Source: Lentisphaeria bacterium (GTDB taxonomy: Bacteria > Verrucomicrobiota > Lentisphaeria > Victivallales > JAADHT01). Taken from it: a stretch of 53,466 bases of DNA. The notes under the pieces are model-generated. The model was not told the DNA's origin and made no database searches. It saw nothing but the letters and a program-made list of their open reading frames with translations. The translations under genes and the position numbers were made by a program. Within the stretch, counting starts at the first letter, position 1. The number at the start of each line of letters is the position of its first letter. Shown here piece by piece: positions 20,194 to 29,894 of the stretch. The stretch covers positions 1-53,466 of the forward strand of contig WFSE01000009.1 in the NCBI GenBank assembly GCA_015486135.1, in the 5' to 3' direction.

Positions 20194-21484
20194 TAGGGAC
20201 AGGTGAATTATCCCTTGAATAGTTGTTATTGGCGGCTATGGTTTCGCATGGATGCTTTCAACGCGGGTTTCCGCCCGGAAGGAGGTTGGCGATGAGAAGA
20301 GCCAGGGAAAAGGTGACCGACTCGGGGTGCTATTATCACCTGATGAACCGTGTGGCCGGAGATAAATCATACATGCCGTTCGACGATGTCGACCGCGAGT
20401 TCGGGATGAGGTTGGTCCAGCGTTTGTCGAGGTATTATCTTCTGGAGTTTGTCTCGATGTGCTGGATGGGCAACCACTTCCATATAGTGTTGTACGCGCC
20501 CTCCGCAAACGAGCTTCCGTCCTCCGCGGAAATCGCGGCTAGGCACAATGCGTACTACGAGCGCGATCCCGCTAAGTCGATCGACCCGGGCGACGAGGAG
20601 TCGTGCCGGAAAGCCGGATGTCGAATGATAGATATCAGCCGTTTCATGAAGGACTTCCAGCAAAGATTCGTGTGCCGTTTCAATCGACTGAGAGGTCGCA
20701 GGGGGCATTTGTGGGGGGATCGGTTCAAGAGCACCATTCTCGAGGGAGCCGAAGCGCTCTGGACGGCCGTGAAGTATGTCGAGTTGAATCCCGTCCGGGC
20801 GGGGATTTGCGCGGATCCGGCGGACTACAGGCACAGCGCGTGGGGCTGGGCCAGTGGCGCTGGCGTCCACCCGTTCGAGGAGACCTTTTTGAAGCACATG
20901 CGGTGTTCGCTCGGAGACACCGGGATTGATTTGGGCGATGCCGAGATATACTCCATGTTCGCCGGGGAACTGGCTCGGACCGTGGCCGCCGAGTCCGAAG
21001 CAACATCCGAGGAGATAGAGGCCGCCGTCAAAAAGGCGGAGAGGGGCGAGAGCATGCCGATGCGCCTCCTCCGCCGAACACGGCATTTTTCCGATGGAGG
21101 CATCATCGGCTCCAAGGAGTTCGTGCTGCTGATCGCCGCCAAGTTCCGGGACGAAGCCGAGTTGAAGCGGAGACGCCTTAGCCGTGGCTCGCTCGATAGC
21201 GGCGCCCCAATTTATTGCTTCAAGCGTTTCCGGAAAACCACCTGAGTCCGGAACGCGACGCGGAAAGGCTGATAGCTCTCCGAAGCTAGGCTGGACATCG
21301 CCTCCGGCTGGTCGCTAGCGCCCAAATTAGCCCGCATTTCCCACAAACCAAGCCGATGCGCGGTTCCAGCGGGGTAATTACAGCCTCCGAGCCGCGACAA
21401 CACGCATCCAAAGCGTGCGCTACTGTCAATCCGGGCAATCCCCCCTAGGTTTTTGACAATATCGTCATAATTCACCTGTCCCTA
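20194..21484. mobile_element. IR-bounded element carrying a RAYT-type HUH transposase
   Basis: Perfect 18-bp inverted repeat TAGGGACAGGTGAATTAT (20194-20211) / ATAATTCACCTGTCCCTA (21467-21484) enclosing one transposase gene. Confidence 0.75.
20292..21245 (+). CDS. REP-associated tyrosine transposase (RAYT, Y1 HUH) with C-terminal extension
   Basis: YYHLMNR, MGNHFHIV (HUH), LWGDRFKS, YVELNPVRAG and YRHS motifs; GGAGG RBS before the ATG at 20292. Confidence 0.92.
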   Translation: MRRAREKVTDSGCYYHLMNRVAGDKSYMPFDDVDREFGMRLVQRLSRYYLLEFVSMCWMGNHFHIVLYAPSANELPSSAEIAARHNAYYERDPAKSIDPGDEESCRKAGCRMIDISRFMKDFQQRFVCRFNRLRGRRGHLWGDRFKSTILEGAEALWTAVKYVELNPVRAGICADPADYRHSAWGWASGAGVHPFEETFLKHMRCSLGDTGIDLGDAEIYSMFAGELARTVAAESEATSEEIEAAVKKAERGESMPMRLLRRTRHFSDGGIIGSKEFVLLIAAKFRDEAELKRRRLSRGSLDSGAPIYCFKRFRKTT

Positions 21485-21508
21485 ATATCGAAGATTCGAT
21501 ACTAGGGA
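21479..21508. repeat. Hairpin overlapping the right IR of the RAYT element (possible terminator or cleavage hairpin)
   Basis: TCCCTAATATCGAA-GA-TTCGATACTAGGGA, 13/14 paired. Confidence 0.6.
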
Positions 21509-21512
21509 TATG

Positions 21513-22820
21513 CTACAAGATGGCTTTCAGGATGGCGTAGTATGCGGTTGTTAGCGCCAAGAGGGTGGCGACGGGTGGCGCAAGAGTTAGTATAGAGCGA
21601 GCCATGTTGGTTTTAAAGTGTTCGTTGGTGACAATCAGGCAGACGTGTATCGGAGAGAGGAGCATTCCTGCGTATCCACAGGCGTATGCCAGCGCCAAGG
21701 CGGGTGCGACATTCGCGAAAGAACCTCCTCCGACAAAGCTCATAACAATTGGTAGGGACGCACCGACGAATCCTATGGCCAATCCAGTGCTTAATCCGGA
21801 GACGAAAGGGATTAGCGCTATCGCCACGAGGGTCGGAGCGGGCCATCCCGACATCTCTAGGCGTGCTTTTTCAACCAACAGGATTCCGCTTGGCAATTTC
21901 GACTCTACCACCGCTCCGTAAATCCGAACCGCCGCTACTAGGACAATTAGTTTCGCCACGCGTTTTGAGCATACGATATTGCGCCACCGCGCCCATGTCA
22001 TAGGACGCTTTAAATGCGTGAACGCCATTCCCGCGAGTATTCCCAGAACTATGGGAGCGTACTTGTTCAGCGCTGACACGGCGGGGACGTAGATGCGGAT
22101 TGCCGTGTAAGTGATTGCCACAACCGCGATTGGAGCCACCGCCCGAAAAATTCCAGTTATTTGGCGCGTTTTTCCGCTCTGTTTCCGAGCCTGTTCGTCG
22201 TTGTCGTGGCAGGGTGGGGGAATTTTTCTGACGAGAAAAAACCATCCCACCGCCACTGCGGCGAAAGTCATCGGCAATTGAAGCAGTATAAAGCGTCCCG
22301 GGGATACTCCGGATATGTCTATAGCCAACAAGACCCCAGGATATAGGGGCCACCAGTATTCCCATATATGGCGAAACCAGTAGTTCACCTTGGTTTTCAA
22401 TTCGGGAGGCACTGTCCCGGTTTCGTCGCAATCGTCGACCAAGGGGGCGGAGAAAAGGGCGCCTCCGGGCATTGGGAGGATGCCGATGGTGGCTGGCAGG
22501 GCGGCCATGGCCACTTTCGCAGGCAGGGTGGCTTTTATGGATGACACAAGGTCGCGCATGATCCCTGTTTCCTGTAGTTGTCCACTGAACCAGATTATTT
22601 GGGCAACCACGAGCAACAGAGCCGCATCGGATGGGGAAGAAATTCTGTTCCACGCTATCTCCAAGCTGCTTGAGGCTGTGAATCCGGCCGAAAGCGCGAG
22701 CGTCGCCGCGGCCGCTAGAATCGCAGTGGTCAGATTTCTCAACTTCCAGTTGAGCAACAGAATAAGAGCTAAGGACGCGAGAAGCTTAACGGCGATTGGA
22801 ATTGTGGAGGGAGGGATCAT
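21513..22820 (-). CDS. DUF401-family polytopic membrane protein
   Basis: LPATIGILPMPGGALFSAP, NYWFRHIWEYWWPLYPG and LLSPIHVCL; start trimmed to MIPPST. Confidence 0.85.
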   Translation of the reverse strand: MIPPSTIPIAVKLLASLALILLLNWKLRNLTTAILAAAATLALSAGFTASSSLEIAWNRISSPSDAALLLVVAQIIWFSGQLQETGIMRDLVSSIKATLPAKVAMAALPATIGILPMPGGALFSAPLVDDCDETGTVPPELKTKVNYWFRHIWEYWWPLYPGVLLAIDISGVSPGRFILLQLPMTFAAVAVGWFFLVRKIPPPCHDNDEQARKQSGKTRQITGIFRAVAPIAVVAITYTAIRIYVPAVSALNKYAPIVLGILAGMAFTHLKRPMTWARWRNIVCSKRVAKLIVLVAAVRIYGAVVESKLPSGILLVEKARLEMSGWPAPTLVAIALIPFVSGLSTGLAIGFVGASLPIVMSFVGGGSFANVAPALALAYACGYAGMLLSPIHVCLIVTNEHFKTNMARSILTLAPPVATLLALTTAYYAILKAIL

Positions 22821-23704
22821 TCCACGTTTTGAACCTGCTCTCGAATTTTTTCGAGTTCGGTTTTGAATTCGACCACTAGCGGAGAAACCGCGACGTTGGC
22901 CGCTTTGACACCAAGAGTGCCAATTTCGCGTTGCAGCTCCTGGATTATGAAATCCATGGGCTTGCCCACCGGGCCATCTTCGGACAAGCGCGTCTGGATA
23001 GCCGCCAAATGTCCCCGGATACGAACAATTTCCTCGGATACATCGCAACGGTCCGAGAACACCACGAGTTCCTTGAGCACTCGTTCATCGTTAGGGTCCA
23101 CAGCCAGTCCGGCTGTGGTCAAATTTCTTTCCAACCGCGCCCGTTGCAATTCCGGGAGGTTTGCGGTTAACGGCTCGATTTCATCCAGCAATTCCGAAAG
23201 AGTGCTCCATCTTTCCAGAAGATCCTTTTCCAGCTCCCGCCCCTCAATGTGTCTTGTCCGAAGGAGTCCATCCAGCGCTTCGTTCAATGGCGTTTCGAAA
23301 TCCCCCAGTTCCAGTCGGATTTTCGCTATGGGATCGGACACTACTCCGGGAGCGTCCAAAATCCATTTCAAATCGACTTCACCCGAGAGTCCCAACTTTT
23401 CCCGTAACCGTTCCGCTTCGCTGGCGTAGGCGGTCGCCAGGGCTTCGTCCAGAACTACCGTGGCGCCAGGCGATTCGCCATCTTCCGTCCGAGGCGATTC
23501 CACCGAGAAACGGATGGTCACGGATCCACGATGCAACTTGGCCGTGGCGATTTTTTTCAAGGGGAGTTCGAATGACGCGAATTCGGAGGGAAGGAAGACC
23601 CTGACATCCAAATGGCGCTTGTTGACCGAGGTAACCTCTACCGACACATCCAAGCCGGAGGAGGCGCGTCGCCGCGCCGCGCCAAACCCGGTCATGCTGT
23701 TCAT
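22817..23704 (-). CDS. yicC: YicC/YloC family endoribonuclease
   Basis: MNSMTGFG, SVNKRHLD, DVSEEIVR and ELEKIREQVQNVE motifs. Confidence 0.93.
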   Translation of the reverse strand: MNSMTGFGAARRRASSGLDVSVEVTSVNKRHLDVRVFLPSEFASFELPLKKIATAKLHRGSVTIRFSVESPRTEDGESPGATVVLDEALATAYASEAERLREKLGLSGEVDLKWILDAPGVVSDPIAKIRLELGDFETPLNEALDGLLRTRHIEGRELEKDLLERWSTLSELLDEIEPLTANLPELQRARLERNLTTAGLAVDPNDERVLKELVVFSDRCDVSEEIVRIRGHLAAIQTRLSEDGPVGKPMDFIIQELQREIGTLGVKAANVAVSPLVVEFKTELEKIREQVQNVE

Positions 23705-24192
23705 TCGGAGCTCCTTGGGGATTTGACTTTGTTGAGGTTGAGAGTTCCGGAGGGGCGTTTGAGGCGGCGTTTACGTGTTCTGAAGGAGGCTGGTTTCTTT
23801 TTTTTAGGAGGTTCCAACTCGCGGTAGCGTTTGAGGAAGGCTCGGATAGGGTACCAGTCGCGGAGGTCGCGCTCGCCAAAGCCGACCACGACCAATTGCT
23901 TGCCATCGTACTCGTTCTTGGGCATGTCCCAGACCACGCATGTTTGCATCAAGTCGTTTTTGGAGCCGCCGGCTTCCTCCTCGAATATGAGTTCCTGTCG
24001 TAACATTGGCGCTTTGAATTTTATGGTATGAATGGACGCCTCGCTCAGGTCGGGATGTTTTTCCAGAGCGTATTCCCGGGCGGCTTTGATTACCGCCAGC
24101 TTGGGGTTGGTGGAGCAACCAACCGCGACAAGACACGCTACTACCATCGCGATTCCCGCGTTCAACCTGAAAATCCAACAAGTCATACTCAT
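23701..24192 (-). CDS. Hypothetical lipoprotein
   Basis: Lipobox-like LVAVGC; basic C-terminus; overlaps the yicC start. Confidence 0.7.
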   Translation of the reverse strand: MSMTCWIFRLNAGIAMVVACLVAVGCSTNPKLAVIKAAREYALEKHPDLSEASIHTIKFKAPMLRQELIFEEEAGGSKNDLMQTCVVWDMPKNEYDGKQLVVVGFGERDLRDWYPIRAFLKRYRELEPPKKKKPASFRTRKRRLKRPSGTLNLNKVKSPRSSE

Positions 24193-24399
24193 TCAACCTC
24201 CGGAAAAATCCCAATACTCAGGGAAATATAACATGGACTCGAATAATGTCGAGCGCAAGCGCCCTTCTCTCCGCCAGATGTCGAACGATGTCCTTTTTCC
24301 TTCTTCCGAATGGCGACGAATAATCGGCAAGTTCGCGGCTTTATTTGCGAGTCCCTCCGATGACGGTTTCCGCTTGCGGAATAAGCCCTTGATGCCACT

Positions 24400-24414
24400 A
24401 TTCACCTGTCCCTA
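24400..24414. repeat. Solo copy of the RAYT-element terminal repeat
   Basis: ATTCACCTGTCCCTA is identical to 21470-21484. Confidence 0.7.
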
Positions 24415-24482
24415 ATTTTTGACCACACGTAAGTTGTTGATAATCAAGAATGTTGTTTTTGAAGGTGTAGGAAGAAGATGAG

Positions 24483-25337
24483 CTAGAAGCAAATCTTCGC
24501 TCTGCGGAAGGACCAGCACATTAGGGAGACGGTGACGAAATAGGACGCTGGGAGGCGGTTCAATGCAGTGGCGAATACGTCGAGCGCGGTTGTCGCGCCT
24601 CCTAGGCCCATTGGGCCTATTCCCAAGGCGTTGATTTGTGCTAAAAGACCCCGCTCAAGATTGGCGAGTTCGGGGATTGTCGAGCGTTCGCCGATTTCGC
24701 GGAGGAAATTATTTTTGGCGGCGGCGTATCCGCCGGCCCGGTCTCCGCCGAGGCAGACGGAGACAATGTAGGGAGGGCATCCCTTGCCTCCGGCGCGTTT
24801 GACCGCGTCGAGAACGCATTTAGCGGCGCCATCGAGCGAGCGCTCGGCGTTTAATTCCGTATTTGGGAGGGAGTATTGAGCGCCGACGTTTTCGCTACCC
24901 CCCCCCTTGAGGAGTAGTTGGACGCGTATTTCGCGGTTGTCGGTTTCGTTCCAGTGAAATGCTGGGGTTCCCGGACCGAGGTTGTCGCCTGTGTTTTTTC
25001 CGGTAATCGGGCACACGGAGTTGGGCCTGAGCAGGCCATTTGCCGTGGCTTCGGCCACTGCCGCTTTCGCCGCGGTCTCGAAGGGGCTCCGGGGGGTGCC
25101 TAGCGGGAGTTCGACGAAGAAATTTGGGATTCCAGTGTCTTGGCAGAGGGGGCGTTGCTTCAGTCCGGCCAGGCGGATGTTTTCGATCATCTGCTCTATT
25201 CTGTCGGCGGCTGGAACATTGCCACGGTTCCGTTCCATGTCCAAGGCTGAGTTCAAGGCGTTTCCGACATCCTCTGGGATGGATGCCGAGGCCTTTTTTA
25301 TCAGATTGTAGATTGCTTGTTCCATATGATTTTTCAT
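24483..25337 (-). CDS. Fe-S fumarate/tartrate hydratase alpha subunit
   Basis: PLCQDTG, KGGGSEN, KGCPP and GIGPMGLGG motifs. Confidence 0.9.
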   Translation of the reverse strand: MKNHMEQAIYNLIKKASASIPEDVGNALNSALDMERNRGNVPAADRIEQMIENIRLAGLKQRPLCQDTGIPNFFVELPLGTPRSPFETAAKAAVAEATANGLLRPNSVCPITGKNTGDNLGPGTPAFHWNETDNREIRVQLLLKGGGSENVGAQYSLPNTELNAERSLDGAAKCVLDAVKRAGGKGCPPYIVSVCLGGDRAGGYAAAKNNFLREIGERSTIPELANLERGLLAQINALGIGPMGLGGATTALDVFATALNRLPASYFVTVSLMCWSFRRAKICF

Positions 25338-26830
25338 TTACCCTCCACCGCTTTTTCGTTTGATTTCGTTTTTTTCCCCAGCTCGACGCAATAGAGTCTT
25401 GTTAGGTCGCGGAGGAGTAGTCTCGTCCCGGCCAGAGCCATTGGCCCCCACGCGTCGCGTCCGTTCTCAATTATTTTAGCGCGTCCCAGCTCTTTGTATC
25501 CGGAGCGCGAGACCCGCGCCATGACTAATGTGCCATTGTCTTTCAGGATGAAAAGCTTGCCGTCGGCCATCAAATAGGGGCCCAATCCAAATTTGCGGTT
25601 GTTGCCGCTAGTCCAAAGAGGCCGCGTCAAATCGCTGGCACTGTAACACGCCAGCATTGTCCGGAAGGCCCCGGCGTCCTTGGGAAGGATACCGTAAACC
25701 AATCCGTGGCTTAATATAGGCGTTTGTTGCTCGGAGCAAAGCCCTTTTCGCGGGGAATGGCTTTCGAGTACCCGGACCTTCCAGTCTTTTCCCACCTGTA
25801 TGGTCATGCCTCCAGCGCCATAGCCGGCGGTTACGAAGAAGCGTCCGTTTCCAAGATGGAGGGGGGAGGGGGCCACTACCGATTGATTCCAGGCAGTGGT
25901 GGACCAGAGGATTTTCCCGGTTTCGGGGCCGTCGGCGGCGATTCCGGCGATTCCCCCCAGCGCGCAGTAAACGTACATCTTTCTGCCATTGAACTTTGCC
26001 GGCATGACAGAGGAGTGCGACATCTTCCATTTTCCTGGGTTCGGGGCGCTCCAAAGCGTCTCGCCGGTGCCGGCGTCTATACCTGTTACGAGGATGTCCG
26101 GCCCCGCTGGAGCGAGCACTACCACGCCCCTGTCTATCAGCGGGCATTGCCCGGTGTACCAAAAGGGGGTTTTGGTGCCGAATTTGGCTTCCATATCTAT
26201 CGCCCATTTGAGATCGCCGGTTATGGCGTCGGCGCATACGACATGGCATTTGGGGCCTATTCCCACCACTACACCCGACCCCACTGCGGCGACTGTTCTG
26301 GAGAATCCGTGGTTGCGTTTTAGTTTGATTTTGTGTCCGCGGCGCCATATTTCCCTTCCGTCATCCAGGGAAAGGCACCGGAGGGCGTCGGCTCGTTCGG
26401 TTTCGTCGTAATCCATGATGTAGACCCTGCCCCGCGCCACGGCCGGAGCGGCGTGTCCTTCTCCCAGAAGTTTAACGCTCCAAAGGATTTCCGGACCGTT
26501 TTCCGGCCAGTGGTCCGCGAGTTCCGCGCCGTTTGACACCACGTTTTTCGAGTCGGACCCTCGGAAATGCGGCCATGAAACGGCGGTATCCGCGGATGGT
26601 CGCCCTTCGAATGATCGGAATAGTTTTCCCGGCTCGATCTTTTCCCTTTCGGTAGCGCTTGGTTTGTTCGCCGATTGATCCATTCCGGGGACGCGTCTTT
26701 CCAAGGGAGGGGGCGCGGCGGACCTCCACCATGCGACTCCGGCCACCGCCGCGGCGGTGGCGAGAACTGCCGGGAGAACGATCGCGGCTATCGATGAGAG
26801 AGCGCTGACGGGGGAGTTGGATGACGACAT
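25334..26830 (-). CDS. PQQ-like beta-propeller repeat protein
   Basis: WPHFRG, repeated LDxxxGxxxW blades, PMALAGTRLLLRD. Confidence 0.85.
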   Translation of the reverse strand: MSSSNSPVSALSSIAAIVLPAVLATAAAVAGVAWWRSAAPPPLERRVPGMDQSANKPSATEREKIEPGKLFRSFEGRPSADTAVSWPHFRGSDSKNVVSNGAELADHWPENGPEILWSVKLLGEGHAAPAVARGRVYIMDYDETERADALRCLSLDDGREIWRRGHKIKLKRNHGFSRTVAAVGSGVVVGIGPKCHVVCADAITGDLKWAIDMEAKFGTKTPFWYTGQCPLIDRGVVVLAPAGPDILVTGIDAGTGETLWSAPNPGKWKMSHSSVMPAKFNGRKMYVYCALGGIAGIAADGPETGKILWSTTAWNQSVVAPSPLHLGNGRFFVTAGYGAGGMTIQVGKDWKVRVLESHSPRKGLCSEQQTPILSHGLVYGILPKDAGAFRTMLACYSASDLTRPLWTSGNNRKFGLGPYLMADGKLFILKDNGTLVMARVSRSGYKELGRAKIIENGRDAWGPMALAGTRLLLRDLTRLYCVELGKKTKSNEKAVEGK

Positions 26831-26862
26831 GTTCTATCCTTGTCCATTGCCGGTGGAATGGC

Positions 26863-27312
26863 TCAATCGTCGTTTTTGACTATAATCTTTCCTTCTTTCC
26901 GAAGTTCTTCCAGCTGGCGTGCCACCTCCGCGCGAATCTTCTCGTTGTCCGATGTCCCGGCTTCCGCCGAATTGCCGTTTCCAGTGTCTTTGATGGGGGG
27001 GCTTTTCGAGGCGGTTGGCTCGGGTACGCTGAAAAGGAACAGGTCCACGTAGCTGACGATCCAGATCAGCACGGTCAATCCTATTGGTATGAACACGCCA
27101 TACAGGTCGGCCACGACGGGTTTCCCATCCAATGCGTTGTACAGGTTGCCAATCATTATTTTGAATATGCCCACGAGCGCCCATACGAAGCACGTCAAGG
27201 AGGCGCCAAGGAAGAGCAATCCCCGAAGCCATCTTCTAAGTGCGAATTGCCCCACGCCGGGCGCCAGCAGATTCAGTGACATCGCCTTGATTCTCGATGC
27301 GATTCGAGCCAT
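26863..27312 (-). CDS. Hypothetical membrane protein
   Basis: NLLAPGVGQF motif followed by two TM helices. Confidence 0.7.
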   Translation of the reverse strand: MARIASRIKAMSLNLLAPGVGQFALRRWLRGLLFLGASLTCFVWALVGIFKIMIGNLYNALDGKPVVADLYGVFIPIGLTVLIWIVSYVDLFLFSVPEPTASKSPPIKDTGNGNSAEAGTSDNEKIRAEVARQLEELRKEGKIIVKNDD

Positions 27313-27327
27313 GATTTTTCTCCATTT

Positions 27328-28491
27328 TCAACGGGGGTTGTCCAATACTTTCAATACCGCCTCGGCCGCCTTGGCGCTGGACTGTCCAGCCTCCGCCGAT
27401 AGGGCGTCCACGACACGTTTTATTCCTTGTTCCACTACCTGGCGGCGTTCCCCTCCGGGCAGGATTTTCTCCATAGAGGCCGAAAGGGTTTCCGCGTTCA
27501 CGTCGCCTTGCAGAAACTCTTCGTACACGGCATCGTCGGCGATGATGTTGACCATGGTGAAAAAGGGGATGTCCACCACCATTCTAGCCAGCATGTAAGT
27601 GATGGGGTTCAATTTATAAACCACGGTGGCTGGAAGGCCTGCTATCGCGCATTCGACGGTGGCGGTCCCGGATGCGGCGAGCGCTGCTGTAGCCTCGCGC
27701 ATGGCCCTGGGGGTTTCGCCGCAACGCAACTCCACTTCCATATCACCCGCTGGGCCGCCGCGTTTTTTGAAACGCTCCAGTATTCCTTCCAGCCGGCGTA
27801 GGACGCTTTCCCGGGGGGCGGCGGCGACGAAACGGAGTTCCGGGTGGCGTTTTTTCAGCTCCACCGCCGTTTCCAGCATGGGAATGAAAAGACGGTTCAC
27901 CTCGTTGGAACGGCTGCCAGGCAGTAGCAACACCAGATTGTCGTCGCGTTCGACCGATTCCAAGCCACTTTCCCGGGCTATATCGACGAGGGGGTGTCCC
28001 ACGAATTCGACATCGAGGTCGTATTCTTTGTAGACTTTGACTTCAAAAGGGAATATGACAAGCATCTTGGCGCAATATGTTGCGAGTTTCGCGGCGCGTC
28101 CCTTTTTCCACGCCCACACTTGAGGGGAGATGTACCAGACGACCGGTACGTTCAACTTCCAAAGGCGTTTCGCCAAGCGGAGGTTGAATCCGGGATAGTC
28201 AATCAGCACCGCCGCGGCCGGAGGATTGCTGGCGGCCCTTCGCGTCAGTCGTCTGAAGACGCGGACGAAGACCCCGAGCATTTTGAAGACTTCCAAGAGG
28301 CCCACCACTCCGAGCTCCGTGGCGTCGACCATTACTTCCGCCCCGGTTCCCGCCATCCTCTTCCCCCCCATGACCGAGATGGACAGTTTGCTGTCGCCGG
28401 CTTTACTGAATAGCTCCTCGGCCAGCCTGGCTCCGTATATGTCTCCCGATTCCTCGCCGGAGATAATCCATATTTCGCGTTTCGTTCCCAT
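27328..28491 (-). CDS. lpxB: Lipid-A-disaccharide synthase
   Basis: SGEESGD, IDYPGFN, SPQVWAW, FVGHPL, LLPGSR and ASGTATVE motifs. Confidence 0.96.
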   Translation of the reverse strand: MGTKREIWIISGEESGDIYGARLAEELFSKAGDSKLSISVMGGKRMAGTGAEVMVDATELGVVGLLEVFKMLGVFVRVFRRLTRRAASNPPAAAVLIDYPGFNLRLAKRLWKLNVPVVWYISPQVWAWKKGRAAKLATYCAKMLVIFPFEVKVYKEYDLDVEFVGHPLVDIARESGLESVERDDNLVLLLPGSRSNEVNRLFIPMLETAVELKKRHPELRFVAAAPRESVLRRLEGILERFKKRGGPAGDMEVELRCGETPRAMREATAALAASGTATVECAIAGLPATVVYKLNPITYMLARMVVDIPFFTMVNIIADDAVYEEFLQGDVNAETLSASMEKILPGGERRQVVEQGIKRVVDALSAEAGQSSAKAAEAVLKVLDNPR

Positions 28492-28597
28492 GGGAACAAT
28501 ATACTCCCTTAGGAAGAGGAAAGAAAGGAGTGCGCTTGGCGAACTCCCGGGTTCGTGCCCGCTGAACAGGTTTTGCGGAGAAACACATGAACGAGTG

Positions 28598-28680
28598 CTC
28601 CCAAAACTTTGGAGGCGACACCGCTAAAAACAAGCTTAACCCAATGGGAATAAATTGCTTGCCAATTATTCAGTGAGCCC
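28598..28680 (+). repeat. MITE-like repeat (partial copy)
   Basis: CTTTGGAGGCGACACCGCTAAAAACAAGCTTAACCC...TGCTTGCCAATTATTCAGTGAGCCC. Confidence 0.8.
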
Positions 28681-28696
28681 TGATTGGCTGGAGGCG

Positions 28697-29674
28697 CTAT
28701 GCCGATGGAGGGTCGAATTGAGCTATGAACTCGACGGCGAAGAGTCTGGAAAAGACATGGATCGGAATAGTCACCGCCACGATAAGATATCCTCCCACGA
28801 TGGGGATGCATCCCAGGCAGCAGAGGAAGCACGTGCCGAACATGACGGCCGCCATAAGGAACGCCACGGCGCAACTCAAGGCCACGCATACGAGCCAATA
28901 GATGGCGAAGCTCTTCTTGTTAACGAGCATTATCGGCTTGAGGATGCGCCAGGCCGATCCGACTCCTCCCAGCGTTTTCCTGTACATCAACGGAATTATG
29001 AAATGCCTCACGGCGAAGGCTACGAGGAATAACGCCACGTACAAGGGAAGGATGAAAAGGAACAGCAATACCACCCCGATGATGATCCCTGCTATTCCCA
29101 TTGGCAGCATTTGCCCAACCTTGATGGATTCCCAGCACATGGCGACAACCACGCTCCCGGAGAACACAATCGCCAGAGCCATGATGAAAAAGGCGCATAT
29201 TCCGAAAATGATCCGCCATTTAAATAGAGCGTTCCCCTCGTCCGAGAAAATGTGCCAAGGATTGACTATCATGGTATGATTTTGCACGATGTTGTCGAGA
29301 AAAATAAAATGGAAGCGGGAAGAGACCCATATTATGAAAATCCATATGGCGATTCCCAACAGGGCTAGCAGCACTGTGGCGCCTAGCATGAACCAAACGA
29401 TTTGAGACGATAAAAGAGATTGCAATTGGGGTAGTACGGATCCCGTTGGGCTAGGCGCGCCCACGGTAGGGGCTCCTCCGCTCCCAGGTCCACCGCTTCC
29501 GCCGAAGTTCAGGGGGAAATTGAATCCGCCACCACCTCCGCCTCCCTCTCCGAGCAGCATTAGCCAAGCGGAGAATCCCCAGACGAACCATTTGTTCAGT
29601 TCGAATTGGTTGAAGCAAATATCCAGTGTTTTGCTTATGGCCTTTTCAAAAGGTTTTTCAACGCCTATCTCCAT
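28697..29674 (-). CDS. Hypothetical polytopic membrane protein
   Basis: Multiple TM helices, Gly-rich loop, CFLCCLGC cluster. Confidence 0.75.
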   Translation of the reverse strand: MEIGVEKPFEKAISKTLDICFNQFELNKWFVWGFSAWLMLLGEGGGGGGGFNFPLNFGGSGGPGSGGAPTVGAPSPTGSVLPQLQSLLSSQIVWFMLGATVLLALLGIAIWIFIIWVSSRFHFIFLDNIVQNHTMIVNPWHIFSDEGNALFKWRIIFGICAFFIMALAIVFSGSVVVAMCWESIKVGQMLPMGIAGIIIGVVLLFLFILPLYVALFLVAFAVRHFIIPLMYRKTLGGVGSAWRILKPIMLVNKKSFAIYWLVCVALSCAVAFLMAAVMFGTCFLCCLGCIPIVGGYLIVAVTIPIHVFSRLFAVEFIAQFDPPSA

Positions 29675-29791
29675 GGGGCGGTTTTCTCCTCCCGACGCTA
29701 CCGGATGCGTCGTAGTTCCTATTCTTTCCTCAATATAGGCGCGGAGTTGGCGAACGCAACGACACCACTGGGATCGGCACGTTGTTCGAAG

Positions 29792-29824
29792 AAATGAAAA
29801 CGCCCCCCGGTGAAGGAGGGCGTT
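29792..29824 (-). terminator. Rho-independent terminator
   Basis: Minus strand AACGCCCTCC-TTCACC-GGGGGGCGTT followed by TTCATTT, downstream of the CDS ending at 29895. Confidence 0.6.
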
Positions 29825-29894
29825 GACTTTCTCGATGTCCGCGGTTGTTTCCGCGCTTTGACTGATCCGAAGTGCCAGTTCCGACCCCGTCGTC

